DNA of 64,000 nt from an uncultured Pseudomonadota bacterium (GTDB taxonomy: Bacteria > Pseudomonadota > Alphaproteobacteria > Rhizobiales > Xanthobacteraceae): assembly GCA_963829785.1 (NCBI GenBank), contig CAWHJZ010000013.1:65377-129376 (forward strand). Direction: 5' to 3'. The position numbers were made by a program, and so were the translations under genes. Shown here one piece after another: positions 1 to 12,470 of this stretch; position 1 is the first letter of the stretch, and every line of letters begins with the position of its first letter. The notes under the pieces are model-generated. The model was given only the letters and a program-made list of their open reading frames with translations. It was not told the DNA's origin and searched no databases.

Positions 1-327
<327 letters not shown>

Positions 328-1042
328 TTGCGGGTCTTTCTAGAGGCCCGGGAGATGACAGGGAAGGGGGTAGGGGTCAATGGGGCGCCCCTCCGGCCGC
401 CCGCCCGGCGCGACTCAGCGCGCGCCGATACCCGAACGGCGGATGGGCGCGGTTGGCCCAAGAAGGCCTTGGCCGCCGCAAGTGTCACTTCGGCAAGCGT
501 CACTCTTGATCAATGACAAGTCGTCCTGCCGCAAAGATCAATTGATGGACCGCATTTTGTTCGCATCACACGTCATCGACGTGCGCTGTCGATTCAAAAG
601 CGGTGTTCGTCGTGCGAGGGCACTGAATTCTTTGCGTAGCAAAAGAACGCGTTGAGTTGGCGGAGAATAAAATTTCTCGTCTTGTTGCGCCGCAGACCTC
701 AGACGCCGCGGCGTCAAACGCGTTGAGATTTCTCAGCATTCAGTGGTCGCTTCGATGCCGGTCAAGCAACTCCATAATCTACATTGTTATTCCACCGCTG
801 CACGGAAAGGCTCTTTGGTTAACTTGCCGAAAATCATTGTACCCCATTTTTGATTTCGGAAATGACCGCATTCGAACATCTCGTTTGAAACGCCGTACGC
901 GACGTGCGGGTTGGTTTGAATGGTCGTTGGGCGACGAGAACAACGACATGCAGTGATCAAGCCGCAGGGATTCATGGGCAACCGCAACCTGGAATCGCTG
1001 CCGGTCGAAACGATTACTTCTCCGAAAATGTAGGGGGACGAC

Positions 1043-3433
1043 ATGTCTGATTCCGCCCAAGCCGCGAACGAAATCGTCGCCGCAGCTCCTGTCTCCAAGC
1101 GCAATAAGTCCAAGCAGCCGCGCTTCTCGATCCCATCGATCGCGATATTGAGCTCTCTGTCCATTCCCGTTCGGATTGCGATCGCTTGCCTGCTGCCGCT
1201 GATCGCCTTTTCGGTTTTCGCCGGCATGGACCTCCTGGGCAAACGGGCGATTTCCTCGCAAAGCGCGCATATTGCGACGATCGCCAGAGCCGCTCCGACA
1301 ATCACGGCTTTGGTTCATCAACTTCAGATCGAGCGTGGCGCCTCGGCGGGCTTCATCAACTCCAAAGGCCGCGCATTCGGCGACACCATGCGCAACCAAC
1401 GGCCGGTGACCGATACCGCGCTCAGCGCCTGGCAAAAGAGTATGGCCGGCCTTGGCAAGGACGTTGCCGGTACAAAATTCGCGAGCGACATAAGCGACAT
1501 CCAAACGAAGCTCGCCGGCCTCGGCGACAACCGCAGCGGCATCGACGGCGGTAAGTTGACTACCCCGCAGGCGGCAAAACTTTACACGTCGGCCATCTCG
1601 AAACTTATCGGCCTTATCGACGACCTCGGCGGCATGACCGACGACGGCCGCATCGCACAAAAAGCCACGGCGTGGAACGCTCTGGTCCGGCGTAAGGAAT
1701 ATGCTGGCCAGGAGCGTGCGATGGGTGCCGCTGGTTTCGGGGCCGGTCAATTTTCGCCGGGCATCTATCGGAATTTTCTGCGTTCCCGCGACCTGGGTGA
1801 GGCTCAGGCGGCGCTTCTCACGCGCAATGCATCACAGGAAGAAAATGATTTTATAGCGCAGACTCTGAAGGGCCCGGTCGTCGACGAATTCATGCGCATG
1901 GAAGAAATTGCGGTCAAAGCGCCATTTGCCAATACCACCGGCGGTGTCACCGGCCCGCAATGGTTTAATGCCTCAACGGATTACATCAATGTGCTCAAGA
2001 CGATCGAAGATCGGATGGCGAAGGATTTTCTGAGCGTCGTCAGTTCGATCACCGACGAGGCGAGCGCCGGTTTCCGCAACGTGCTGATTCTGTTTGTCGG
2101 GTTGCTCGTGGTCACGGGCGGGCTGACGGTCATCATCGCGTTGTCGATCACGCGCCCGATCACGCAATTGGTTTCGACCATGGGCGATCTGGCACAGGGC
2201 AACAACGACGTCGATGTGCCGGGAGCCGAGCGCGGCGACGAGATCGGCACGATGGCACGCGCGGTCCTTGTGTTCCGGGATGCCGCCATCGAGAAGATTC
2301 GTCTTCAGAAGGAATCCGAAGAGCAGCGCGTGCTGTCCGAAGAGGAGAAGCGGCGGAACGCGGAGGCGCAGGCCAAGGCGGACGAGGAACGCCGCCAGCA
2401 GGCGGAAGAGGAACGTCGCCAGCAGGAAGCAATGAAGGCCAAGGCGGCCGAAGAGCAAGCCCAAATCCAGGCCAAGATCGCCGAGGAACAGGCCCAGGTC
2501 GTGAATGCCCTGGCGGAGGGACTCGGCAAGCTTGCCGCGGGTGATCTGACCTACCGCTTGGGTGATAATTTCACCGACGCCTACAAAAAGATTCGCGACG
2601 ACTTCAACGCCACGCTCGCGCAGCTGCAAGAGACGATCCGGGCAATAACAATTGCCACGCGTGAAGTGGCGAGTACGGCGGCGGAAATTTCCGACAGCAC
2701 GACCAATCTGTCGCAGCGCACCGAGGAGCAGGCTGCAAACGTCGAGGAAACGTCTGCGTCAATGGAAGAAATCGCGGCGACCGTGAAGAAGAATGCGGAA
2801 AATGCCAAGCAAGCCAATGAGTTTACCGGCAACACCCGCGGCGTCGCCGACAAGAGCGGTGAAGTGGTGACAGAGGCCGTCAGCGCGATGACGCGAATCG
2901 AAGAGTCTTCGAACGACATCTCCGAGATCATCAGCGTGATCGACGAGATCGCCCGCCAGACCAATCTGCTGGCGCTCAACGCGGCCGTGGAAGCCGCGCG
3001 CGCGGGCGAAGCGGGGCGCGGCTTTGCCGTGGTGGCGCAAGAGGTGCGCAGCCTCGCGCAACGTTGCTCGCAGGCGGCGAAAGACATCAAGGATTTGATC
3101 GTCGGAAGCTCGGGTCAAGTGAAAGAGGGCGCGGCACTGGTCAACAAGGCGGGTACCTCCCTTGGCGAAATCGTGGACTCGATCAAGCGCGTCGCGGACA
3201 TCGTCAACGAGATCGCCAACGGCAGCGAAGAGCAGGCTGTCGGCATCGAGGAGGTCAACAAGGCCCTGACCCAGATGGACGAGGTCACGCAGCAGAATTC
3301 GGCGCTGGTCGAACAGAATGCGGCGGCGGCCAAGGCCCTGGAGGACCAGGCGCAGGCCATGAAGAACCAGGTGAGCTTCTTCCGGATCGATGACGAATCA
3401 TCGGAAGTCGCTCGGGTCGCTTCGGCGGCGTAA
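1043..3433 (+). CDS. Methyl-accepting chemotaxis protein with periplasmic NIT (nitrate/nitrite-sensing) domain and HAMP domains
   Basis: Two TM segments; [12 protein letters not shown] and [12 protein letters not shown]-like motifs; HAMP (ITRPITQL...DEIGTMARA); MCP signature [30 protein letters not shown]. Confidence 0.9.
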   Translation: MSDSAQAANEIVAAAPVSKRNKSKQPRFSIPSIAILSSLSIPVRIAIACLLPLIAFSVFAGMDLLGKRAISSQSAHIATIARAAPTITALVHQLQIERGASAGFINSKGRAFGDTMRNQRPVTDTALSAWQKSMAGLGKDVAGTKFASDISDIQTKLAGLGDNRSGIDGGKLTTPQAAKLYTSAISKLIGLIDDLGGMTDDGRIAQKATAWNALVRRKEYAGQERAMGAAGFGAGQFSPGIYRNFLRSRDLGEAQAALLTRNASQEENDFIAQTLKGPVVDEFMRMEEIAVKAPFANTTGGVTGPQWFNASTDYINVLKTIEDRMAKDFLSVVSSITDEASAGFRNVLILFVGLLVVTGGLTVIIALSITRPITQLVSTMGDLAQGNNDVDVPGAERGDEIGTMARAVLVFRDAAIEKIRLQKESEEQRVLSEEEKRRNAEAQAKADEERRQQAEEERRQQEAMKAKAAEEQAQIQAKIAEEQAQVVNALAEGLGKLAAGDLTYRLGDNFTDAYKKIRDDFNATLAQLQETIRAITIATREVASTAAEISDSTTNLSQRTEEQAANVEETSASMEEIAATVKKNAENAKQANEFTGNTRGVADKSGEVVTEAVSAMTRIEESSNDISEIISVIDEIARQTNLLALNAAVEAARAGEAGRGFAVVAQEVRSLAQRCSQAAKDIKDLIVGSSGQVKEGAALVNKAGTSLGEIVDSIKRVADIVNEIANGSEEQAVGIEEVNKALTQMDEVTQQNSALVEQNAAAAKALEDQAQAMKNQVSFFRIDDESSEVARVASAA

Positions 3434-3592
3434 GGCGGCGGGCGCGGCCCGCAGCGAGAACGCAGGAATCGGCCGCGCCGGAGCAGGAAGCTGCTCCGGC
3501 GCAGTCTTTTCGCAATTCGGCGGTCAATTGCCGGCGGTTTGAGGCCTGGAGGCGGGAAGGCCCCAACGGTCAACCAAACTCTCAGTCGCGCG

Positions 3593-3606
3593 TTGAGCCA
3601 GCGCAA
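3593..3606. promoter_or_regulatory. Candidate FixK/Fnr-type box upstream of ABC exporter operon
   Basis: TTGAGCCAGCGCAA matches TTGA-N6-(T/G)CAA; TATTAT at 3629-3634 sits at a class II promoter distance. Confidence 0.55.
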
Positions 3607-3662
3607 AAGACAGCGCGGCTGGTCCGGCTATTATGCTGCGGCCGCTCGACATACGGGGCCTC

Positions 3663-4398
<736 letters not shown>

Positions 4399-4402
4399 GA
4401 TC

Positions 4403-6766
4403 ATGACCGCGCTGCATCGAAAATTGTTGCGCGACCTCATCCGGCTGTGGCCGCAGGCGCTGGCCATTGCGCTGGTGCTGGCGGCCGGCGCATCGACGCT
4501 CATTCTCGGCATCGGCGCTTATCAGTCGTTGTCGGAGACGCGCGCGGCCTACTACGAGCGCAACCGCTTCGCCGACGTGTTCGCCGATCTGACGCGCGCG
4601 CCCAAGGTGGTCGAGGACGAGATCGCACGCATCCCCGGCGTCGCCTCGGTGGAAACGCGCATCGCCAAGATCGCCCTGCTCGATTTGCCCGACGTGCCCG
4701 AGCCGGCCTCGGCCATGTTCGTGTCGATCCCCGACCTGCGCGACCAGAAGCTCAATCTCTTGTACATGCGCAGCGGGCGATTGCCGCTGCCGGGCGACGA
4801 GCATGAAGTCGTGGTGAGCGAGCCCTTCGCCAAGGCCAACCATTTCGGCATCGGCTCGACCTTCCAGGCCATTCTCAACGGCCGCAAGCGCACCCTGCGC
4901 ATCGTCGGCACGGCGTTGTCGCCGGAATTCATCTACTCGCTCGGGCCTTATGGTCTGATTCCGGACGACCGGCGCTACGGCATCGTGTGGATGCGCGAAA
5001 AAGCGCTGGCCGCGGCCTACGACCTCACCGGCGCCTTCTCCAGCGTGCACCTCAAGCTCACGCGCGCCGCGTCGGAAGCGGAGGTGATCGAACGGCTCGA
5101 CGGGATTCTGACCCGCTACGGGGGACTCGGCGCGCACGGCCGCCGCGACCAGACTTCGCACGCCTTCCTTGACGCCGAGTTGTCGCAGCTCAAGGCGATG
5201 AGTCGCATCCTGCCGCCGGTGTTTCTGCTGGTGGCGGCGTTCCTGGTCAACATGACGCTGTCGCGGCTGATCCTGCTGGAGCGCGAGCATATCGGGCTGT
5301 TGAAGGCGCTCGGCTACAGCGGCGTCGCGGTGGGCTGGCATTACCTGCAATTCGCGCTGGCGATCGCGGTCGTCGGTATCGCCATCGGGATGGCCGCCGG
5401 CACCTGGCTCGGCTTCGGCATGACGCGGCTCTATGCCGAGTTCTATCACTTTCCCTTCCTGGTCTTCCGGCTCGACCCGGCGGTCTATGTGATCGCGGCC
5501 GGCGTCACGCTTGCCGCCGCGGCGGTGGGGGCGCTGCGCGCGGTGCGCGACGTGGTGACGTTGCCGCCGGCGGTGGCGATGTCGCCGCCGGCGCCGGTGA
5601 TCTACCGCCGGCTGCTGCCGGAGGCGTTCTATGCCGTGCTCAATATTCCGCAGTCGCTCACCATGGTGGCGCGCCATCTCATGCGCTGGCCGTTGCGCAC
5701 GCTGAGCAGCGTGCTCGGCATCGCGCTGGCGGTCTCGGTGTTGGTCGGCTCGATGTGGTCCTTCGGCTCCGTCGAATTCATGATCGACGTCACCTACAAC
5801 CGCTCCGACCGGCAGGACGCCACCATCAGCTTCGCGCACGAGCGGACGCTGTCGGCTTACTTTGACGTCCTGTCTTTGCCCGGGGTGATGGCGGCGGAGC
5901 CCTATCGCTCGGTGCCGGTGCGCATCCGTTTCGGCCCCTATGAACGGCGCATCGCCATCACCGGCAAGCCGGCGGATGCCAATCTCACCAGCGTGCTCGG
6001 CCCCGGCCTGAAGCCGGTGAAGCTGCCGGAAAGCGGCATCGCGTTGAGCGACGTGCTGGCGAAGATCCTGCACGCCAAGGTCGGCGACATGGTCGAGGTG
6101 GAGTTGCTGGAGCGCAACCGGCGCCGGGTGCGGCTGCCGGTGACCGGCATCATCGAGGGCTATCTCGGCCTCAACGCCTATATGGCGCTGCCCGCGCTCA
6201 ACCGGCTGATGCGCGAGGGGCAGATCATCAGCGGCGTGCATCTGCTTTTCGACACCGGCCGCCAGGATGCGCTGTATCGCCGCCTCAAGGCCACGCCGGT
6301 GGCGAATTTCATTGCGCTGCAACGCGCCACGCTGCAAAACTTCCGGCAGACCCTGGCGGAGAATCTCCTGGTCATGGTCACCGTCTATGTGACGCTCGGC
6401 ATGATCATCGCCTTCGGCGTCGTCTATAATTTCGCCCGCATCTCGCTGTCGGAGCAGGGCCGCGAACTGGCGAGCCTGCGCGTGCTCGGCTTCCACAAGG
6501 GCGAGGTGTCGGCGATCCTGCTGGGCGAGCTGGCGGTGCTGGCGATCCTGGCGCAGCCGCTCGGCTGGGCGATCGGTTATTTCTTCGCCTGGGCGATGGT
6601 GCAAGGGTTCGACAGCGAATTGTATCGTGTGCCGCTGGTGGTGGACCGGTCGGTCTATGGCTGGGCAAGCTTGATCGTGCTCGGCTCGGCGTTGATTTCA
6701 GGTCTGGTCGTGCGCCGGCGTATCGATCGCCTCGATCTCATCGAAGTGCTCAAGACGCGGGAGTAG
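4403..6766 (+). CDS. ABC transporter permease, FtsX/MacB-type with duplicated architecture
   Basis: 787 aa; two TM clusters with [12 protein letters not shown] and [11 protein letters not shown] motifs. Confidence 0.88.
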   Translation: MTALHRKLLRDLIRLWPQALAIALVLAAGASTLILGIGAYQSLSETRAAYYERNRFADVFADLTRAPKVVEDEIARIPGVASVETRIAKIALLDLPDVPEPASAMFVSIPDLRDQKLNLLYMRSGRLPLPGDEHEVVVSEPFAKANHFGIGSTFQAILNGRKRTLRIVGTALSPEFIYSLGPYGLIPDDRRYGIVWMREKALAAAYDLTGAFSSVHLKLTRAASEAEVIERLDGILTRYGGLGAHGRRDQTSHAFLDAELSQLKAMSRILPPVFLLVAAFLVNMTLSRLILLEREHIGLLKALGYSGVAVGWHYLQFALAIAVVGIAIGMAAGTWLGFGMTRLYAEFYHFPFLVFRLDPAVYVIAAGVTLAAAAVGALRAVRDVVTLPPAVAMSPPAPVIYRRLLPEAFYAVLNIPQSLTMVARHLMRWPLRTLSSVLGIALAVSVLVGSMWSFGSVEFMIDVTYNRSDRQDATISFAHERTLSAYFDVLSLPGVMAAEPYRSVPVRIRFGPYERRIAITGKPADANLTSVLGPGLKPVKLPESGIALSDVLAKILHAKVGDMVEVELLERNRRRVRLPVTGIIEGYLGLNAYMALPALNRLMREGQIISGVHLLFDTGRQDALYRRLKATPVANFIALQRATLQNFRQTLAENLLVMVTVYVTLGMIIAFGVVYNFARISLSEQGRELASLRVLGFHKGEVSAILLGELAVLAILAQPLGWAIGYFFAWAMVQGFDSELYRVPLVVDRSVYGWASLIVLGSALISGLVVRRRIDRLDLIEVLKTRE

Positions 6767-6770
6767 ACTT

Positions 6771-7982
6771 TTGTTCGGCAAGGTCGCAAGGCGCAGCATT
6801 GTCGTGTTGATCGGATTGGGGATCGCTGCCCTGATCGTCTGGGCGCTATTGCCGCAACCGGTGCCGGTCGACATGGCGGCCATCAAGCGCGGACCGCTTG
6901 AGGTCACCGTCGAGGACGAAGGCATCACCCGCATCCGCGAGGTCTATACGGTGTCGGCGCCGATCGGCGGCAAGATGCTGCGCGCGCCGCGCGAGGTCGG
7001 CGACAAGGTGACGGCGAACAAGACGCTGGTCGCGGCCATCGAGCCGACCGAACCGACGTTCCTCGATGTGCGCTCCCAGCGCGTGAACCAGGCCGCGGTG
7101 CAGGCGGCGCAGGCCGCGGTGAACCTGGCGGAAGCGAAGATCAAGGAGGCCAAGTCGCAGCTCGAATTCGCGCGCAACGACCTGACCCGCGCCGAGAAGC
7201 TCGCCGCGACCAAGACGATTTCCGCGCGCGCCCTGGAGAAGGCCAAGCTCGACGTCGATTCGGCTGAAGCCGCCGTTGCCAGTGCGGTGGCGACGCTGGA
7301 GGTGCGCCGCCGCGAACTGGAAAGCGCCAAGGCGCGCCAGATCCAGCCGGGCGAGATTAACCGCGATGCGCAATCGGCGAACTGCTGCATCCAGGTCTAT
7401 GCGCCGGTCGACGGCAGCGTTCTCAAGATCGTCGCGGAAAGCGAGCAGGTGGTGCAGGCGGGCGCACCGCTGCTCGAGATCGGCGATCCGCACGACCTCG
7501 AGATCGTCGTCGACTTCCTGTCGCGCGACGCGGTGCGCATCAAGCCGGGTGATGTGGCGCGCATCGAAAGCTGGGGCGGTGACAAGGATCTCACCGCCAA
7601 GGTCCGCCGCATCGAGCCGACCGGCTTCACCAAGGTTTCCGCGCTCGGCATCGAGGAGCAGCGGGTCAAGGTGATCCTGGATTTCACCGGGCCGCCGTCC
7701 GAATGGCAGCAGCTCGGCCACGGCTATCGCGTCATCGCCCGGGTGGTGATCTGGCGCAGCGACGACGCGTTGCAGGTGCCGCTGGGCGCCTTGTTCCGCG
7801 AGGGCGACAATTGGGCGGTGTTCCTGGTGGCGGACGGCCGCGCCGAGCGCCGCCTGGTCACCATCGCCGAACGCAATCTGCACGCCGCGCGGGTGGTCAA
7901 GGGCCTGAAGGTCGGCGAGCAGGTCATCCTGCACCCGAGCGACCGCGTGCATGACGGCGTGAAGGTCGAGCCGCGCGGCTAG
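6771..7982 (+). CDS. Periplasmic adaptor (HlyD/MFP family) subunit
   Basis: N-terminal TM, VSAPIGG and APVDGSV lipoyl-like halves around a coiled coil; operonic with ABC genes. Confidence 0.88.
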   Translation: MFGKVARRSIVVLIGLGIAALIVWALLPQPVPVDMAAIKRGPLEVTVEDEGITRIREVYTVSAPIGGKMLRAPREVGDKVTANKTLVAAIEPTEPTFLDVRSQRVNQAAVQAAQAAVNLAEAKIKEAKSQLEFARNDLTRAEKLAATKTISARALEKAKLDVDSAEAAVASAVATLEVRRRELESAKARQIQPGEINRDAQSANCCIQVYAPVDGSVLKIVAESEQVVQAGAPLLEIGDPHDLEIVVDFLSRDAVRIKPGDVARIESWGGDKDLTAKVRRIEPTGFTKVSALGIEEQRVKVILDFTGPPSEWQQLGHGYRVIARVVIWRSDDALQVPLGALFREGDNWAVFLVADGRAERRLVTIAERNLHAARVVKGLKVGEQVILHPSDRVHDGVKVEPRG

Positions 7983-8044
7983 CGCCGGGCGGCTTTGCCC
8001 TGGCGCGCTTTCGTAAACCGCGACAAGCTGATATCTGGCACGCC

Positions 8045-8723
8045 ATGGAAGCGACTTCCGCCCCCGGCCTCGAAACCGTCCGCGCCGAAATCGCGCGCGC
8101 CTGCCGCGACGCCTCGCGCGATCCCGCCGAGGTGACGCTGATCGCGGTGTCGAAGACCCATGGCGCCGACAGAATCGAGCCGGTGATCGCCGCCGGCCAG
8201 CGCGTGTTCGGCGAGAACCGCGTGCAGGAGGCCAAGGCGAAATGGCCGCCGCTGCTGGAGAAGCATCCCGGCCTGTCGCTGCATCTGATCGGGCCGCTGC
8301 AATCCAACAAGGCCAAGGAGGCGGTGGCGCTGTTCGACGCCATTCATTCCGTCGACCGGCCCAGCCTGTGCGCGGCGCTGGCGAAAGAGATCGAGCAGGC
8401 AGGACCGCAAGCCGCTGTTGTTCGTCGAGATCAACACCGGCGCCGAGCCGCAGAAGGCCGGCGTCCTGCCGCAGGACGCCGACCTGTTCCTGACCGCTTG
8501 CCGCGACACTTATGGTCTGGAGATCGCCGGGCTGATGTGCATTCCGCCGTTCGAGGAGGCGCCCGGTCCGCATTTCGCGCTCACCGCCAAGATCGCCAAG
8601 CGCAACGGCCTGAAGCTGTTGTCGATGGGCATGAGCGCGGACTTCGCCACTGCGATCCAGCTCGGCGCCACCCATGTGCGCGTCGGCAGCGCGATCTTCG
8701 GCGAGCGAGAGAAGCAGGTCTGA
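8045..8723 (+). CDS. yggS: YggS/PROSC PLP-homeostasis protein, frameshifted near 8400
   Basis: LIAVSKT, FGENRVQE, HLIGPLQSNK; then GLMCIPP and LSMGMSADF...GATHVRVGSAIFG. Confidence 0.93.
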
Positions 8724-8737
8724 AAGGAAGAGAGAGT

Positions 8738-9351
8738 ATGAGTAATCCTGAGTTCGAGCGCTGGCAGACACGTTTCGCCGCGCCCGGCTATCTGTTCGGC
8801 ACCGCGCCGAACGAGTTTCTCAAACGCCACGCGCATCTCTTGCGCAAGGGCGAGAAGGCGCTTGGCGATCGCCGACGGCGAAGGCCGCAACGGCGTGTTC
8901 ATGGCCGAGCAGGGGCTCGACGTGCTGTCGGTCGATTTCTCGCCGCTGGCGCAGGAGAAGGCGCGCAAGCTCGCGGCCGAGCGCGGCGTGACGCTGCGTG
9001 TCGAACAGGTCGACATTCATCAATTGGGATTGGCCGGCGGACGCCTTCGACGTGGTGGCGGCGATCTTCTTCCAGTTCGTCGGGCCGGCAGGGCGCGACA
9101 AGATCTTCGCCGGCATCAAGAAGGCGCTGAAGCCGGGCGGGCTGCTGCTGCTCGAGGGCTACGGACCCAAGCAGCTTGAATACAAGACCGGCGGCCCGGG
9201 CAAGCTGGAAAATCTCTATACGCGCGAACTGTTGGAGAAGGCGTTCGCCGATTTCTCCTCGATCGAAGTGCGCGAATACGACGCCGAGATCGATGAAGGC
9301 CCCGGCCACGGCGGCCTGTCGGCGCTGATCGATTTGGTGGGACGGAAATAA
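8738..9351 (+). CDS. Class I SAM-dependent methyltransferase (two apparent frameshifts)
   Basis: YLFGTAPNEFL; ADGEGRNGVFMA SAM-binding motif; LKPGGLLLLEGY. Confidence 0.85.
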
Positions 9352-9357
9352 CAAGTC

Positions 9358-9399
9358 GTCATTCCGGGTTCGCTCGCTGCGCTCGCGCCCCGGAATGAC
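9358..9399. repeat. GTCAT-type REP palindrome between convergent genes
   Basis: GTCATTCCGGG...CCCGGAATGAC perfect 11-bp arms. Confidence 0.8.
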
Positions 9400-11440
9400 C
9401 AGACGTTATCGATACCGCGGCGGAAAGCCGGGTGGGCTGAGGTTCTGCGGCGCGCCGCCGGGAGCGGCGGCCGGCGCCGGTGCGGGCCTCGGGCGCAGGC
9501 GCCGGTGCTGCGGGCGCGCCGGCCCCAAGACTGGCGTCGAGCGGTTTGCGCAACAGGCTGGAGCGGAGCGCCTCGCCGCGCGGTGAGGGCGGTACCGCCT
9601 GGGGCGCCCGGGGCGCCTGCGGTGGATACGGCGCGTGTGGCGCGCGCGGTGCCGCGGCAGGTGCGGCCGGGGCCGCCGGCGCGGGCTGCGCCGGTGGAGC
9701 AGGCTGCAACGGCGGCGCTTCCAGGCCGCTGAAGTCGGCCGTCAATTCGTCGTTGCGCTGGCTCATCGAAGCGGAGCGCCAGCGCTCGATCACCGAGCCG
9801 ATCAGCTCGCGTTCGAGGCTGTTGCCGGCATCGGAGCGGGTATTGCCGGCGGCCTCGCTGTTCGGCCGCACTTCCGGCGGCAATTCCTTGAAGCGCATGC
9901 GCGTCGGCATCGCCACGCCGGAGCCGAAGGTGAACACCTCGCGGGTGCCGAGCGAGGGAATGAACGACAGCAGGTTGGCCGCCGCGTCCGACACCGCCGA
10001 GCGGATCAGCTACTGGTCGCGGTCGTTGGCCAGCCGCATGACGAAGAAGGTCGAGCACTGCGAGATGATGGTCGGGTCGATCTCGGCCGGCCGCTGCGTC
10101 ACCAGGCCGAGGAACACGCCGTACTTGCGGCCTTCCTTGGCGATGCGCGAGAGCGCGCGCTTGGTCGGGCCGAAGCCGATCTTCTTGTCGGCCGGCGCAT
10201 AGCGGTGCGCCTCCTCGCAGACGAACAATAGCGGCGCGACGCCGTCGCTCCACAGGCCGAAGTCGAAGGCCATGCGGCAGAGCACCGAGACCACCGAGTC
10301 GATCACCTCGGCCGGGAAGCCGGCGAGCTGCAGGATGGTCATCGGCACGCCCTGCGGCGGCAGCCGGAACAGATGGCTGAGCGTCTCCGCCATGGTGTCG
10401 CCGCCGATGTTCGCGTTCTCGAACATGAACGCGTAGCGCGGATGATTGCGGAAGGTCTGAATGCGCGCGATCAGCTTATGATAGATAATGCGCGAGGTGC
10501 GGTTCTCCAGCTTGCCCATGCGCTCGTCGAGCAGATTGATCAGGTCCTCGATGCGGTAGGGCACCGGCGTGTCGGCGGTGAAGCCGGCGTCGCGCGGGTC
10601 GTTCCGCTTGGAGAGCGGGCTGGCGGGGCCGGCCTTGTATTGCAGATAAGCCGACTTCGCGAGCGGGATGACCTCACCGAGAATTTCGATTTCTTCGTCG
10701 ACGCCGGGGCGGCCGCCGAAGAAGACGTCGACGATTTCCTCGAAATTGAACAGCCAGAACGGTAGCCGCAGGTTTCGCGGCGTCAGCACCTGCGCCTTGT
10801 CGCCGAAGCAAGGGCTGTATTCGTTGTGCGGGTCGACCAGGAAGATGCGCAGGTTCGGCCGCGCGGCAAGGATCTGCTGCAGGATGATGGCAACGCCGCT
10901 CGACTTGCCGACGCCGGTTGCGCCGAGCACGGCAAAATGGCGGCTCACCAGATGGTCGATGTCGATGTGCACCCCGATGTCGGGGTTTTGCTGCAGATTG
11001 CCGATATGGGCGTGGTCGCCGTCGGCGGCGCCGTAGATCATGGAGAGTTCGGCATCGCCGAGCAGCTTGGCGCTGTCGCCGATGTTCGGGTATTCGGTGA
11101 TGCCGCGCTGGAATCGATGCGCGGCGCCGGCTTCGTATTGGATCTCGCCGATCAGATCGATCCGCGCCAGCTTGCGGTAATTTTGGCTGAGGCCTGAACC
11201 GCCCAGCGCCTCTTCGGCTACCTCGGTGATCAGACCGATGATCAGGCCCTTGCCGCCGGTGAGCCCCATGAACTTGCCGACCGTCGGCTGCTCACCTGTA
11301 ACCCCGCGCGAATTGAGCTCAACAGTCGCCTGCGCGCCGCCGACTTCGGACACGCGGCCGATCTGCTCGGCGCTGGCGTGCACGGGGGCGGCGCTGGCAG
11401 CCGGTGCGGCGCTGGCTGTTGCGGGTGGACCGTTCATCAT
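9359..11440 (-). CDS. HerA/DUF87-like P-loop ATPase with Pro/Ala-rich tail; in-frame TAG at 10010-10012; exact C-terminus uncertain
   Basis: HAS-barrel-like N-terminus, RHFAVLGATGVGKS, LVDPHNEY, VCEEAHRY, IAKEGRKYG, TQRPAEID; frame continues past the TAG (LIRSAVSDAAANLLSF). Confidence 0.85.
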
Positions 11441-11624
11441 TTGCTCCTGTCGCGGAGTTTCTTATTGCTGGGCCAAGGCGCGTTGATGAGCCAAAACGCA
11501 CCAACCGGGCCTCGAGATCTAATATGCTGAATATGAAGTGGGTATGTTAATGCGCCGGTTACGATCGCGAACCGATTCCGGTGATGCTTAACACATCACT
11601 GCCAACACATCGCGATTTAGCAAT

Positions 11625-12155
11625 TTATTCAGTCCTAAGGCGCGTGTGCGGCCCAAGCTGCGCAATGAGCCGGCGCAAAGCCGGCAGCTTGAGCGCAACG
11701 CAGCCGGCAGTCGGCGCGAAGCCCGGCCGGGCGGCATGGATGAAGACCGCGCTGCCGCGGCCGGCTACCCGCGGGCGGGTATTGTGGTCGAGCTCGATGA
11801 TGAAATCGTAGAGGTGGTCGGCGCGGGTGAGGCGGTCGGCCATTGACCCAGCCGGTACCTTGACCGGCCTGTTGTAGTTGCGGTCGGCGGGGTCCTCGCA
11901 CCAGCCGTCGTCGAGGCGGATCGCCCGCACCGGCAAGGCGGTCAATGGCCGAGGATGGCGGTCGGCGCGCCACCACAGCCGGACCAGCCGGAAGGTGCCG
12001 CGCGGGGTGGCGCCGTCGCCCTCGAACTTGTTGGCCTTGATGCCGGCGCGGCCGAGCGCCACCGGCAGCGTGAGCGCGCCGGCGGTGAGCCAGCCCTGCG
12101 TCGGCCGCCCGGGGCGCGGGCGTACCAAGATACTGGCGAGAGTGCGTTTTTTCAT
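11625..12155 (-). CDS. L,D-transpeptidase-like (YkuD family) protein
   Basis: EGDGATPRG, GWCEDP, GSAVFIH...TAGCVAL catalytic His/Cys motif. Confidence 0.85.
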   Translation of the reverse strand: MKKRTLASILVRPRPGRPTQGWLTAGALTLPVALGRAGIKANKFEGDGATPRGTFRLVRLWWRADRHPRPLTALPVRAIRLDDGWCEDPADRNYNRPVKVPAGSMADRLTRADHLYDFIIELDHNTRPRVAGRGSAVFIHAARPGFAPTAGCVALKLPALRRLIAQLGPHTRLRTE

Positions 12156-12288
12156 TCGCTGCCGAATTCTGATCTGCCGTTCTGCCGGCACGGCGGTTGT
12201 GGCCTAAATATCAGTTCGCGCTTGCTCTTTCAGCCCTGAATGCTCTACTTCGGCCCCATTGCCGAATGTGGGCGCGCCGGCCGCCCAT

Positions 12289-12454
12289 TAGTGCGGCGGA
12301 TTTGACGTTCCGCTACCAAGCGCGGCACGCTCTTTGGCGGAACGTCAAATCCAAAGCCGCACTAGAATCAGATATTTGCTAGTGTCCCTTCGGTTCCGAC
12401 GTTCGTAGAAAAGTGTGCGGCAACGGGATACGAACGTCGGAAACGGGACACTAG
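12289..12454 (+). repeat. Twin-hairpin (RIME-like) element directly upstream of cenR
   Basis: Hairpin A 12289-12364 (16-bp inner arms, AAA bulge), short spacer, hairpin B 12379-12454 bounded by CTAG; homologous copy at 47376-47542. Confidence 0.8.
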
Positions 12455-12470
12455 GGGGGCCCTGGAAGTC

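Noticed and set aside
500-1040. Riboswitch, sRNA or small ORFs in the long MCP upstream region
   Set aside because: No recognisable aptamer, terminator or coding signature; only a weak TTAACCA half-site near 836-843
9359-11440. HerA-based anti-phage system (SIR2-HerA or NurA-HerA type)
   Set aside because: No effector or nuclease partner adjacent; housekeeping context
11548-11563. CtrA box upstream of the HerA-like gene (TTAATGCGCCGGTTAC)
   Set aside because: Half-site spacing is 8 rather than 7 and one half is imperfect
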